Shown here: positions 22,743 through 35,833 of the stretch, piece by piece | How the letters are laid out: each line of letters opens with the position of its first letter | Position numbering within the stretch: position 1 is the first letter of the stretch | Assembly: GCA_051942205.1 (NCBI GenBank) | Contig: JAVECO010000002.1 | Coordinates: 1 to 64,000 of the forward strand | From: Coniocarpon cinnabarinum | Lineage: Eukaryota | DNA: 64,000 nucleotides | Reading direction: 5' to 3' | Made by a program: the position numbers and the translations under genes | Notes under the pieces: generated by a model | The model's database searches: none | Told to the model about the DNA's origin: nothing | What the model saw: only the letters and a program-made list of their open reading frames with translations

Positions 22743-25562
22743 ATGGAGGATCTGTCGGGCTTGGAATGGAACGCAAAGTCACCGTCTAATTCACGCACAA
22801 CCCCCTCGACTATTCAACCACCCATCCGGTCTACTTTGTCTCCTTCACTCTCTGGTCGATCGACTCCACTATCCGCTCAGACATCAGGCACAAAGCCTCA
22901 GACAATCCAGAACCAGGGGAAGCCGCTCACCAGCGACAGCTTTTCCACGCTCCTTGCCCCTCAGCCCTCAAAACCAGCCGGGGTTCTATCGCTGGCAGAG
23001 AAGCAGAAGCAGTTACAAACATTGTCCGGCACCTGGACGAAGAACGGGCAAGATCCCTATAATCTTGATGACAGCAAGTTTTGGGAGGGTCTTGGGAGTG
23101 GTAGAGGCACCCCTGCGCCGGTGCGTCAGTGGAGCGTTGCTTTGAATATGTAAAAGAAGAAACGCTTGCTAATAGCTGCTGCGGCAAATAGGGAGAGCAC
23201 GAACGATCTTCAGCGATTCAGGATACAGACAACGACCTCTTGGCTGAATTTAATTCTGGAGCATTATCCCAAACGACTAGGAGCTCTTCCGCTTCGCGCA
23301 CCTCTCAGAATATCGATTTGAATGGACGGCCCAAGCGAGAAGGTCCAAAGCAGCAACAAAATCCCGATGCTGTGCCCCAGACCTCTTACAAAAGACCCAG
23401 GAATGATTTTCCAAGCGCAGACGATCCATTTGGACTGGGTCATATTTCAGTGGCCAAGCCAGCAGGAAAGACGACGAACAGCGCGGTAGACGATGATATA
23501 CTCGGAGACTTGGGAAAACCTATCTCAGAATTGGATACGCGTAAACATGAGCCAGCTAGAAGAGAAGACTCGAGGTCAATATCAGCACCTCGTACCTCAA
23601 AGGACAAAGCTCTGGCGGAGCTTGTCGATATGGGATTTTCCGTTGAGCGAGCCCAGTACGCGCTCGACCAGACACAGGGTGGCCATGATGTCCAAGCTGC
23701 CATAAGTGTCTTGCTGAATGAAGCGCATGGGACAGGTCGTACTAGGGCGGAGGGAAACGGAAAGCAAGGACGACGAACGTCGAACGCCCGCAGCGAACGG
23801 CAAGGCCGTGCGAGTAATGAATTGGGTGCTACAAAACCCCCACCGTGGCTTAACGGCACCACTAAGGCAAGCACACGGTCAATGCCAAAAACATCCGCAG
23901 CCGCAGTTGAAGAAAAGGAATTATCTCAGTATGCTGCAGAATTCGGTAACAGCATGTGGAAATCCGCAAACACGTTTTGGAAGACGAGTCAGAAAAGGGT
24001 CGCCAAAGCTGTGGCTGATTTACAACAAGATCCCGACCCTAGCCAGCCAAGATGGCTTCGGGACGGCCAGCCTGAGCCTGGTCTGCCAGAGCCAGATAGG
24101 CGCCACAGAGAAAAGCAAGCTGTTCGAGCGACTGATGAGGCGGCGATGCTCGATGCGCCTCGGGAAGTGCCATCAGGTAAAGCCAGACGTCCGCCTGAAG
24201 GCAGAGCGCAGAGCACGCCCGCAACGAATCCTACTCAAAGACAGGATGCTGTAGCCCCACAAGTCTCCTCAGCCCAAACACGGCCTCAGTCAGCCAGGCC
24301 AGACTCAAGACCGAAAAACGTCCAGAGACTTAACAGACAGCTCGTGGAGGATGAGAGTGCGCAAGCCTATATTAGTCCTGCGCGGAGAAGAAAACAACAA
24401 AATGTCCAGTCTGAACCTAAGGTAGAAGAGAAAGCAAAGGTCAATGGTGAGTCGCTAGATATATTCTCGACCGCACCTCTCCCACAGCCGTCCGCACATT
24501 CATCTACAACTGCTGCTCCCTCGCCAAAAGTCTCATTTCCCGTAAGACCAAAGACGCGGCCTCGACAAGCACAATCCATACCTGATAGCGCACTGCAAAC
24601 ATCACATCGGCATAGAAAAGCAGGCACAGAAGCCTTTCGACGTGGCGACTACGTTGCTGCGAATAGCAGCTATAGTTCTGCCCTGGATATCTTGCCTAAT
24701 TCGCATCCGATCGCGATTGTGCTGCGGTGCAACCGTGCAATCACCTCGCTAAAAGCTGGAGATGCGAAGAGTGCCGTTAAGGATGCGGATGCAGCTTTGG
24801 AGACCATTGGGCCATCCAAGGGCGAAGATGAGAGCATTGTGCTAGCGACTGATGAGGGACAGAAGCCCATGAAAGAGTATTACGGGAAAGCTTTAATGCG
24901 TAAAGCAGAAGCTATGGAGCATCTTGAGAAATGGCAAGACGCGGCCAAGGTCTGGCGAGAAGCCGTAGAAGTTGGTGTCGGTGGTGCAGTAGCCATACAG
25001 GGCAGAAATCGATGCGAGAAAGCCGCACGTGGGGATCGCGGAGGGACGGTAAACGGCAACAGCGCCAAATCGAAGGCTCCTGCCAAGGCAAAGCCTCGAC
25101 CCTCGGCGAAGCAAGACTTGAGTTTCACACAGATGGAAGAAGGCGAGGCTGTGAAGCGGTTACGTGCTGCTGAAGCTGCGGCAGCACAAGCTTCGGATGA
25201 AGCGTTCGCTCTAACTGATGCTGTGGAAGCGCGGATAGCGTCCTGGAAAGGCGGCAAGGCGGATAATTTGCGAGCGCTGCTTGCGAGTCTGGATACAATC
25301 CTGTGGGCTGACGCTGGCTGGAGCAAGGTCAACATGGGTGATCTGGTGCTGCCGAACAAGGTCAAGATCATCTATATGAAGGCCATTGCCAAGGTCCATC
25401 CAGACAAGGTGCGTATTCAAGATGAACCGTGTTTGGATTGATTGCTAACTCTTGCACTAGATAGCACAAAACGCTACGGTCGAGCAGAAGATGATCAGCG
25501 CAACTGTGTTTGCCGCCTTGAATGAGGCCTGGGACAAGTTCAAGAAAGACAATGGGCTCTGA
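22743..25562 (+). CDS. SWA2: Auxilin-like UBA/TPR/DnaJ protein (Swa2/Ucp7-like), 3 exons
   Basis: UBA (LVDMGFSVERAQYAL), TPR (GTEAFRRGDY..NRA..YYGKALMRKAEAMEHLEKW) and auxilin J domain (NLRALLASLD..YMKAIAKVHPDK/..VFAALNEAWDKF). Confidence 0.9.
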
Positions 25563-26187
25563 TCACAAATGCTGGCGCCGGCTACAAAGTACCCTTAACA
25601 ACTCGACGAGTTTTTTGGCCTGTACGAATACAGACTAGGATTACATCATCTTTGCATTGTAGCGCTGGGAGCTAAGAGAATGATCGAGGTCACACGTACT
25701 TTCTGTGAAGAGCTTCTTTGCCCACGACGGCATGACGGGGCAAAGCGTAGTAGTTGAAGCATTTGTCTATGACCCTGCCAAAGCAATAGCCAATTGACCT
25801 CGAAATAAGGATCCTTGCATCGGCATTTTCGATAGTTATCCGTAGCCAGCCAACGACAGCTCGCCAAGCTAGCGGAACGGCTTGCAGCTCTCTCGTGCAT
25901 CTATCGGCGTGCATAGATCTGGCATTTCCTCATGCATGCTGGGCTTGCATCCTCGTCCTCATCTCAAGTCCCGTCCATCTCTGCTTGACCTGATCGAGAG
26001 GTACCATCTCGACCACAGTGCGCAGCTCCCCGTCTCTAAATCTTCATCTCCAGCGCCGCGAGACCCTCTAGCTTCCGCCCCGCCTCAGTCTCTAGGTTTC
26101 AAGCAGACGGTTCACGCTACATCCACACGACCACAGATCAAGCCTGTGAAGACTGCCCCTTCACCATCTACGTTTCAACCGCCCGTC

Positions 26188-28283
26188 ATGGCACCAGTAG
26201 GATCTCGTCGCTCTCGACGTTTTGACATACTGGCTTACCAAACCCCTAGACCAAGAAGCAGCAACAGGAGGACGAGCTCTACGGTACGATTGCTAAGCAA
26301 AGATTGCTTGTACAAGCATGCTAACGTTGGACTTCAGGCTCGGTCTTCTCTGTCTCGGGACCTGTCATCGTTGCCGAAAACATGATCGGTTGTGCCATGT
26401 ACGAACTGGTCCGTGTAGGCTATGACAAGCTGGTGGGTGAAGTTATTCGAATAGAAGCAGACAAAGCCACCATCCAAGTCTACGAAGAAACAGGTGCGTC
26501 ATGCATGCCACTCCAGTTCCACATTCGTTAATCATGAAACAGCTGGTGTCACTGTCGGCGATCCGGTCGAGCGAACACAAAAGCCACTGTCTGTTGAATT
26601 GGGTCCCGGACTTATGGAGACGATTTACGATGGTATTCAAAGACCGCTGAAGGGCATCTATGATGAAGCCAACAGCATTTATATTCCACGTGGAATTAAT
26701 GTGCCATCACTGAACCGTGAAAAGAAATGGGACTTCAAGCCGGCATCAAAAAAAGTTGGCGACCATATTACTGGCGGTGACGTCTTTGGTACGGTGTGGG
26801 AGAACAGTCTGCTTAGTGACCACAAGATACTGTTGCCACCGCGAGCTCGGGGCAAGATCACTAGACTGGCTGAGGCGGGGAGTTACACGGTCGACGAGAA
26901 GATCCTTGAGGTCGAGTTTGAGGGGAAGAAGACCGAGTACAGCATGATGCACAACTGGCCAGTGCGTGTCCCGCGACCGACTGCGGAGAAGTTGCCATCG
27001 GATCAGCCTTTCGTTGTCGGCCAGCGTGTGCTAGACGCTCTCTTTCCAAGTGTGCAGGGCGGCACGGTCTGCATCCCCGGAGCGTTTGGTTGTGGCAAGA
27101 CTGTCATCAGTCAAAGTGTGTCAAAATTCTCAAACAGCGACATCATCGTCTATGTCGGCTGGTATGTCCCTGCGCAAGCGACCGTGTCATTTATGCGAGC
27201 GAGCACTGACCAATCAAACCTAGCGGCGAACGTGGTAACGAGATGGCGGAAGTGTTGATGGATTTCCCAGACGTTAGTAAACTCATGCGCAAGGATTATC
27301 ACGGTCGTTGTGCTGACTTCGCAAAGCTCACGATTGAGATTGAAGGACGACAGGAGCCAATCATGAAGCGAACCTCCTTGATTGCCAACACCTCGAACAT
27401 GCCGGTCGCTGCTCGAGAGGCTTCCATCTACACGGGAATTACAATTTCTGAATATTTCAGAGACCAAGGCAAAAATGTGGCGATGATGGCCGACTCGACC
27501 TCACGATGGGCGGAGGCGCTGCGTGAGATCTCTGGTCGGTTAGGTGAAATGCCTGCGGATCAAGGTTTTCCGGCTTATCTGGGGGCGAAACTTGCCTCCT
27601 TCTACGAGCGCTCAGGTCGCTCAGTATGTCTGGGCGGTCCAGAGCGACACGGGAGTGTCAGCATTGTCGGTGCTGTGAGCCCACCTGGTGGGGATTTCTC
27701 GGACCCGGTGACCAGCAGCACGCTCGGTATCGTGCAAGTCTTCTGGGGTCTAGACAAGAAGCTAGCGCAACGGAAACACTTCCCATCCATCAACACATCA
27801 CAGAGTTACAGTAAATACACGACAGCCCTGCAGAAATACTACGAGGATAACAGAGCCGATTACCCCAAGCTACGTGATCGCATCAAAGAGCTTCTGTCAA
27901 ACTCCGAAGATCTGGATCAAGTCGTGCAGCTTGTCGGCAAGTCCGCTTTGGGTGATGGCGACAAGATTACGCTGGACATTGCGACGCTGTTCAAGGAAGA
28001 CTTTCTCCAGCAGAACGGGTATAGCGAGTATGATCAATACTGTCCCATGTGGAAGACGGAGTGGATGATGAAGAACATGATGGCGTTCCACGATGAGGCG
28101 CAGAAGGCCGTGTCGCAAGGACAAAGCTGGGCAAAGGTGAAGGAACAGACATCAGACATTCAGAAGGGATTGCGGGACATGAAGTTCGAGGTGCCGAAAG
28201 AGGGAGAGGACAAGGTGACGAAGAGGTACGAGGAGCTCCATCAGAAGCTGATGGACAAGTTCGCCTCCGTGTCGGACGAGTAG
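26188..28283 (+). CDS. VMA1: V-type H+-ATPase catalytic subunit A, intein-less, multi-exon
   Basis: [12 protein letters not shown], Walker [42 protein letters not shown] and [13 protein letters not shown]. Confidence 0.98.
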
Positions 28284-28647
28284 AGGTGTCAGAGAACTGG
28301 TGGCGAAGGCGAGGGCATAGGCATCAGCATCAGAGGCGACAGAGCATAGAACCGGCGTTTGATCTGTACTTCTTTGTCTGAATTTGGAGTGGCGGTGTCA
28401 TGATGTTATGTGCTAGCCCCTTGGGCCGCGAGTGCACATGCAACTCCCTCGTGCACTGAGATGCGGCCGCTTCCCCAGATAATCTTCTGAATAATTCTAA
28501 TGCCTGGCCTGATCATCTGACCTGTTTGCTCTCCTCTCCTCTACTGACACATAGTCTTCTGTAGAAACTATCTAGCAAAGTACACTCCAGACAATTTGTC
28601 CGCGGCTGGCTGAACAGCATCCACCCCCCTCCCGCTGAGCGCTTTCC

Positions 28648-31094
28648 ATGTCATCGCCAGCCATGGCGGCCACCGCGACTAGCTCGTGAGTGTGAATGCA
28701 GTGAGCGCATCTTGAACGTGCCTGACAATGTCGTAGTATCAATGTCAATGACCCAAGCCTCATCACTCTGGTCAACAAGCTGCAAGATGTGTTCACAACG
28801 GTCGGCGTACGTTCAACACACGGGTGCCTAACCTGGATTACTAGCTAAACGTGGCGTGCGCAGGTGCAAAACCCCATCGATCTGCCGCAAATCGCAGTGG
28901 TTGGCTCGCAATCCAGTGGGAAGAGCTCGGTGTTGGAAAATATCGTTGGCCGTGACTTGTAAGCGACTAAGACAAATCGCCGCGTGCGACGGAGCAGCTC
29001 CTAACACATCCAGCTTACCTCGTGGGACGGGCATCGTCACCCGAAGACCGCTCATTCTCCAACTGATCAATCGCGCGCCGCTTCCAAAGACCCAATCAAA
29101 TGGAGTACCAGATGGCTTACGATCCACCGACAAAGAGGCCAATATTGAAGAATGGGGTGAATTTCTGCACGTGCCAGGACAGAAGTTTTACGATTTCAAT
29201 AAGATTAGAGACGAGATTGTTAAAGAGACAGACTCGAAAACGGGCAAGAACCAAGGCATCTCCCCACAACCGATCAACCTCCGCATCTACTCTCCTAACG
29301 TCCTCACACTGACTCTTGTTGACCTGCCTGGTTTGACAAAGGTACCGGTGGGGGATCAACCCCGCGACATCGAACGTCAAATTAGGGAAATGGTTCTCAA
29401 GCAAATCACGAAGCCCAACGCAATCATCCTAGCTGTCACGGCGGCTAACACCGACCTGGCCAACTCAGATGGGCTGAAGCTGGCACGAGAAGTCGATCCT
29501 GAAGGTCAAAGGACCATTGGGGTGTTAACCAAAGTTGATTTGATGGACGAGGGCACAGACGTTGTCGACATTCTGGCAGGTCGCATTGTTCCGCTGAGGT
29601 TAGGATACGTTCCCGTAGTCAACCGCGGTCAAAGGGACATCGAGAACAAGAAGGCCATCAGTTCTGCACTGGATGCTGAGCGATCGTTCTTCGAGAATCA
29701 TCGCGCATACCGGAATAAAGCATCTTATTGCGGCACGCCTTATCTTGCTCGAAAGCTCAACTTAGTGGGTTTGGGGAGTGATCGCGTCGTGCAGAAAACA
29801 TAGGCTGACATACTCTAGATTTTAATGATGCACATCAAACAGACTTTGCCAGACATCAAAGCCCGGATCTCCTCTTCCCTTCAGAAATACTCCGGAGAGC
29901 TATCGCAGCTGGGTGACTCCATCCTCGGCAACAACTCAAATATCGTCCTCAACATCATCACCGAGTTCTGCAACGAATATCGAACGGTACTTGACGGCAA
30001 CAGTCAGGATCTCTCTAGCATGGAGTTGTCTGGTGGCGCGCGTATCAGTTTCGTTTTCCACGAACTTTACTCCAACGGGGTCAAAGCCGTAGACCCCTTC
30101 GATCAAGTGAAAGACATCGACATTCGGACCATTCTGTACAATTCGTCTGGCTCATCACCCGCGCTGTTCGTCGGTACCACCGCTTTCGAGCTCATCGTGA
30201 AACAGCAGATCAAACGACTCGAAGAGCCGAGTCTTAAATGTGTATCCCTCGTCTATGACGAACTCGTCCGCATCCTCAGCAATCTTCTCAACAAACAGCT
30301 TTTCCGGCGATATCCGCAACTGAAGGAGAAGTTCTATGCAGTTGTCGTCGCCTTCTTTAAGAAAGTCATGGAACCCACGAATAAGCTCGTTCGCGATCTC
30401 GTCTCGATGGAGTCCACGTACGTCAACACGGGACACCCGGACTTTTTGAATGGGTCCCGCGCCATGGCCATCGTCCATGAGCGACATAACGCGAACAAGC
30501 CGACACAGGTCGATCCCAAAACGGGAAAGCCGTTGCCGGCATCGGCGGCCACACCGAGACCGGCGAGTCCGACGCTTGATGAATCGCAGGGTGGTGGCTT
30601 CTTCGGTAGTTTCTTTGCGAGTAAGAACAAGAAGAAGCTGGCTGCTATGGAAGCGCCTCCGCCAATGCTGAAGGCTAGTGGGACGTTGAGTGAGAAGGAG
30701 AGCCAAGAAGTTGAAGTCATCAGTCGGTCATTCTCTTACTTTTAGTTTGATGAGGTGGAAGTGCTAACGAGATGCAGAGCTTCTCATCACATCCTACTTC
30801 AACATCGTGCGGCGGACGATGATCGATATGGTTCCCAAGGCTATCATGCTGACGCTTGTGCAGTAAGTGCCGAATCCGCTTAATAAACTCATCTCGAATG
30901 CGAGAAAAAGCTCACAGTGCGACAGACATACCAAAGAGGAAATGCAACGAGAACTTCTGGAGCACATGTACAAAACTACAGAACTGGATGATCTGCTCAA
31001 GGAGAGCGATTACACCATTCGTAGGAGGAAAGAGTGTCAACAGATGGTGGAGAGTCTGGGACGGGCTCAGGAGATTGTGAATCAAGTGCAGTGA
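28648..31094 (+). CDS. VPS1: Dynamin-like GTPase Vps1/VpsA, multi-exon
   Basis: [58 protein letters not shown], Vps1-type insert [18 protein letters not shown] and a C-terminal GED. Confidence 0.96.
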
Positions 31095-31669
31095 TCCGCA
31101 TCGTCTACCTTTAAACTCATCTTGTCTACACGACAAGCTGCAAGTATGGCTGCAATGAGCGTCTGACACTGTGATCTGAAGAAGCTGCGAGGTGTAAGCC
31201 AGTACGTGGATATGAAGAAGAGTAGAGTGTCAGAAAGCCAAGGCCATTGAGACTCATACGAAAGGAGAATGCGGTACCTGCGCGTCGGCGTCGTGGACGT
31301 TCGCCGTTATTTAAGCAACCCACGGCAGATACTCGACGATGCATCACTGTCACGACTGGAATATGCGCTGTAACCACTTGGTAAACAAGAAGTGGACGCC
31401 GGACGTCCAAGCTGCGTAGGAAGAGCGACTGCACCGCTGAACTTGAAGGAAGAGAGATGGAACACAACACGCCGGGCGTTGGGAGTGGTATACCCTAGAT
31501 TTGAATCTACTTTCTCCACGCACATGTCTCTCTTCTAGTGTTTTCCGCCTTCTGAACTCTAATTTCACGAGTTCATTGTAGAGTTTCTGCGGTAAAACGT
31601 GAGTGGAACGCTGCATCTTTTGCTTTTGAAGCTTTCGCGGCGGCATAAGCAATAGTACGGCGTTGCATG

Positions 31670-32650
31670 AACATACGAGATATCTTTATGACCGGCACAG
31701 GCGGGATCCATGGTGGATAGATGCGTGCATCTCCTATCTCACATCAAGCCTTCTTCGGGGAGCCTCTACCTCTTTCTTCCTAGTTTCACGACTTGAATGA
31801 TCACTTTATTCTATGAAATGTCGGCAAACATGAGGCAAAACATAAAGCTATAGCTATATCAGCTTTTATCGCTGTAAAAGCAGTCAACACGCTGTAGAGA
31901 AATATACGAGGTATCTTTGTAACTGCCGTAGGTTGGAGTTATAATGCGTGGATGCGGTATATCTCCTATCCTCACGTCAATTTGCCTTCGAGAATTCTCT
32001 ATATCTTTATACCTTATTTCACGACTTAATTGTGGTCTTTGCTCTGTCGTTCGTATGTGAGTCAATTGTAGGAATAGTAGCTGTGATGCAATCAGTGGTG
32101 TGGTAGCAGGGTATTACACTGGACACTTGATATGTCAATGGCATGCCATTGCTTATGATCTGAGTGATGATTTTCAGTTTGTGGAAATGCTGGGACAAGG
32201 AGACCAGTCGAAGCACTCGTGCATGTTTGATATTTAGTACATAGCATGTACTATTGCACACTTTATGTTGTCAAGTGCGAGAAGTTTCGTAATGGTAATA
32301 GCTCTATTTATCGTAGCAGATGCGATAGCAAGTCTTCTACTATACACACGGCATTGTAACGATATCGGCATTGCTCGTCACCAGAAAGGCGAGTACCAGT
32401 TTACAAAAATGGCGGGGAGAGGGGGATCGGTCGAAATACTCGTACATGTGTTGAGTATTTAGTACATAGTATGTACTCGTATACTTCATTTTGTTGAATG
32501 TGAGAAGTAGTGGAATGGTAGGAGCTGTAATGCCGGCAAAGGCGGCGATAGCAGGAGTCTGCACTGTATACACGACATCACAACAGCACAGGGGACCGGT
32601 CAAAGTACTCGTACATGTTTCTGGTATTCAGTACATACTTGTAGTACTCT
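31670..32650. repeat. Degenerate tandem duplications (two-copy unit A, three-copy unit B)
   Basis: Unit A at ~31671-31800 resembles ~31901-32032. The unit B core GAYCRGTCRAARYACTCGTRCATGT..TATTYAGTACATA recurs at ~32202, ~32425 and ~32594. Confidence 0.7.
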
Positions 32651-32781
32651 GCCTCATCATTTCATAACAGCCCATTCCAGGCTGGTCTATCCTACTTCAT
32701 GACAAAGACTTACCCCTTGGCCGCACAATTAGGCCGTATTTCTCTCACCACTCCCACACCCACTCAGCTCTCCACCCCCCC

Positions 32782-35700
32782 TCAATCCGGAGGCATCATC
32801 AGAGCCTCTCCATCGCTGTCCTCCCTATCTTCAACCTTGCGGCGCTTCTCTTCGCGCTCCCCTTCCGCAACCTCCACCACCCTTTTCCGCTCCTTGTCCC
32901 GCTGTCGCCTCCTCTCGTACTCCTGCCTCTCCTTTTCCTTGCGCAGAGCTTTGCTCTCAAACTCATGCCACTCGCCGCCGATGTCGCCCAGCTCCAGGCG
33001 TTCCTCCTGCGGTTCTTCCTCCGTGAAATACGGATGCTGCAGCACTTCTGCGGCGGACGGACGGAGATGGGGATCGTAGCAGAGCATGCCCTCCAGCAAT
33101 TCGAAGGCGGCGGGGGACATCTTGTCGCTGTATTTCTCACGGAAGGAGGATGGTTTCTCGAACGACGGACGCAGGAGCTCGAACCAGGGGAGTTCTTTCA
33201 GCCCGGGCCAGGTTTTGAGTGAAGGCGTGCCCATGACGTGGTAGATGCGGTCGAGTTGCGAGATCTCGCCGCCGTCGCCAGGAAAGACGGCGTGGCGCGT
33301 GAAGATCTCGACAAGGACGCAGGCCGCGCTCCAGATGTCGACTTCGGGTCCGTATTGCGTTTCACCGAGCAACAACTCGGGGGAACGGTACCAGATGGTG
33401 ATGACGCGGTTCGTGTAGTCCCACTGTCTGCGCTTCGCGTAGAAGCGGGCGAGGCCGAAATCCGCGAGTTTGAGCTCGCCGGATGAAGAGATCAGAATGT
33501 TAGCGGCTTTGATGTCGCGGTGGAGTACCCCGCGCTTGTGGAGGTAGTCAAGGCCAGCGAAGAGTTGGCGGGCGAGATGTTTTTTGTGGGGAGCCGTGAG
33601 GGCGAAGGTGGGGTGGTTCAATAGCCCGGTCAAGTCGTGGGAGAGGTACTCGAAGACCATATAGCAGTCGTTGCGCTCGACCATGACTTCGCGGAGGGAG
33701 ACGACATGGGGGGAGTGCAGAGATTGAAGCAGCTTGACTTCGCGGATGGCCGTAACCGGGAACTGTAAGGAAGAAGTTAGCATTGTGAACTTGAGTATAG
33801 TCGTGATGCGTGAGTGACGGGTAAGCGAGGAGAACTGTGTTCAATGGAGTGAGTGAATGTGGACGAGCAGAATTTATACGTACGCCGTCGCGCTCGCCTT
33901 CCATCCGAATTTTTTTCAGAGCGACCTTCTCCTTGGTGTACACATGAATTGCTTTAAACACTTTCCCATAAGTGCCTGAGCCGACGACAGACTCATTGCC
34001 AGGCTTGCGATAGTAGACCGAAACAGATTTTGCATGTTCTGAATCAACTTTTGGACGTGGTTTGACCCGCTGAACTTTTCTCAGCTCCTTGCGTGGCTCG
34101 CGTCTTCGCTTTGAAAACGCCGACACTTTAGTGGACTCGGGTGACTGGGCAGGCGGCTTTGTCTCGACCGGCGATGTTTTCTCAGCTGGCTGACTTCTGA
34201 ATGACGTGAGCACTGGCGATGTGGCCTTTGCACCTGGTGATTGAGGGCTGATGGACATTGACATTCGGCTATCATTGTCATCATCATCCTGCTTCTCTTC
34301 CCGCGGGTCCTTTCCGCGTCGCTCGCGCGTTGCCTTGTCTTCAGACTGAAGGCTCTTGGACGGTCGAAAAGGGTTGTCATCATCATCATCTGGACCTTGG
34401 GATCGATCTGCGGACGGATTTCTACTCCTAGGAGGGACGTGTCCTCCCCCGCGTCTTCCAGCATCTGGTGTCCAGGATAGATTTTGGAATCTGCCACGGC
34501 CTCTGCCACCACGTGCAGGGGGTGCTGGGTCTCTGCCAGCGCGGCTGTCGGCTGATGATCTACGGTCTGATTGACCGTAATAGCTACCTCGACGGGGACG
34601 GTCATCGTAAGAGCTTTGGTGTTGGGGATAACCATGAGGAGGGTATGGTGGAGATCCTCCGTAGTAAGATGGCGGGCCATGGTGATAGGGGCTCGCAGCA
34701 GGTGGATAACTGTTCTGTCTGTGCGGTGTATGCGGGGGAGGGTAGCCATATCCAGGCGAGCTAAGTGCATGAATTAGCGGCGAAACCACCATTTGAGCCA
34801 TTTCAAGACTTACCCATGATGATTTGGATAACCACCGTACCCTCCTCTGTGAGGTGTGTGATACGGCGATGCTGACGCGGAGTTTTGATGGGCTGACATA
34901 AAAGGCGTTGAGCTTGACGGTGGCGGTCCGTCATATCGGGATGGTCGAGGCGGACCACCGCGATGATTATAGTACGGATAGCTCATGTCGTCGTCGTGAT
35001 TTCGTGCTTGCCTCTGCTCAGCTTCCGTACTCTCTCGCCTCCTTCTTGACCGTGACCGGGCAAACCTTTTGCGCTCTTTTCGTGATGGGCGAGCGAGGCG
35101 TTCGTTGGGACTCGATTCCCTACCCGGCCAAAGCTCGGCTTCGCGGCTTCCCCTTCGTTGGGGTGATCTTCGATGACGTGTAGAAGTAGAGTGTTTTGGT
35201 GGCGGTGCTGAGCGTGGTGAGCGTGACGCTTTCCTCTTACTAGCGGTGTGGGATGGTCTGGTTCGGTATGAGCGGTCGGGAGAGTGATATCTCCGTGGGG
35301 AGGATTTGTGACCAGGCCTGTACGTTGAGGTGACAGGCGACTTGCTGCGTCGCTGTATGTGAGGGATGTAGCTATCGCCGGTTGGAAGTCTCGGCGGGGT
35401 GCGTTCACGCCTCGTTACCCGTTCTGGAGAATAGTGCCGCCGAGTGTGTCTGTCGCGTCCTCTGCTCTCTCTACGTGGTCGGTGTGCGGACGGTGACGGA
35501 GATCGTCTGCGGTGTCGTGGAGGAGCGTTGGGAAAACGACGCTCGTGGGAGGGCCGATAAGTATCAGTGTCCCCCGTTCGAGAGGGAGAGAAGCTTGGCC
35601 TTCGTCTACGAAGAGAGCTCCTCGTTGGCGAGCGTGAACGAGAATGCGAGGCTACATTGTGGGTCAATGCATGTTTGGAAGGAAGCGGAAATAGAGAGAA

Positions 35701-35833
35701 GTTCGAGGTGGGCAAAGGGCTGGAGCCAGGACCGACCTCTGGGGTTGTGCAAAGGCGAGCGTCTGAAGGCCTGCCTGCCAAAACCACTTTCTTCAGGTCT
35801 CCACTGGTCTGCAAGTCCACGCCGGGAACCCAT
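32782..35833 (-). CDS. CTK1: CTD kinase I catalytic subunit (Ctk1/Lsk1-like CDK) with long RS/Pro-rich N-terminus, multi-exon; start tentative
   Basis: GSGTYGKVFKA..VALKKIRMEGERDG/FPVTAIREVKLLQSL, HRDIKAANIL, LADFGLAR, DYTNRVITIWYRSPELLLG and GEWHEFESK. Confidence 0.9.

Noticed and set aside
26494..28283. VMA1 intein
   Set aside because: The sequence runs VYVGC-GERGNE after splicing, with no LAGLIDADG or Hint insertion.
31350..31652. 100-aa minus-strand ORF downstream of VPS1
   Set aside because: No recognisable domain or splice support, and it lies next to degenerate repeats.
32202..32650. CRISPR-like repeat-spacer array
   Set aside because: Eukaryotic context, degenerate repeats, long and mutually similar 'spacers', and no cas genes.
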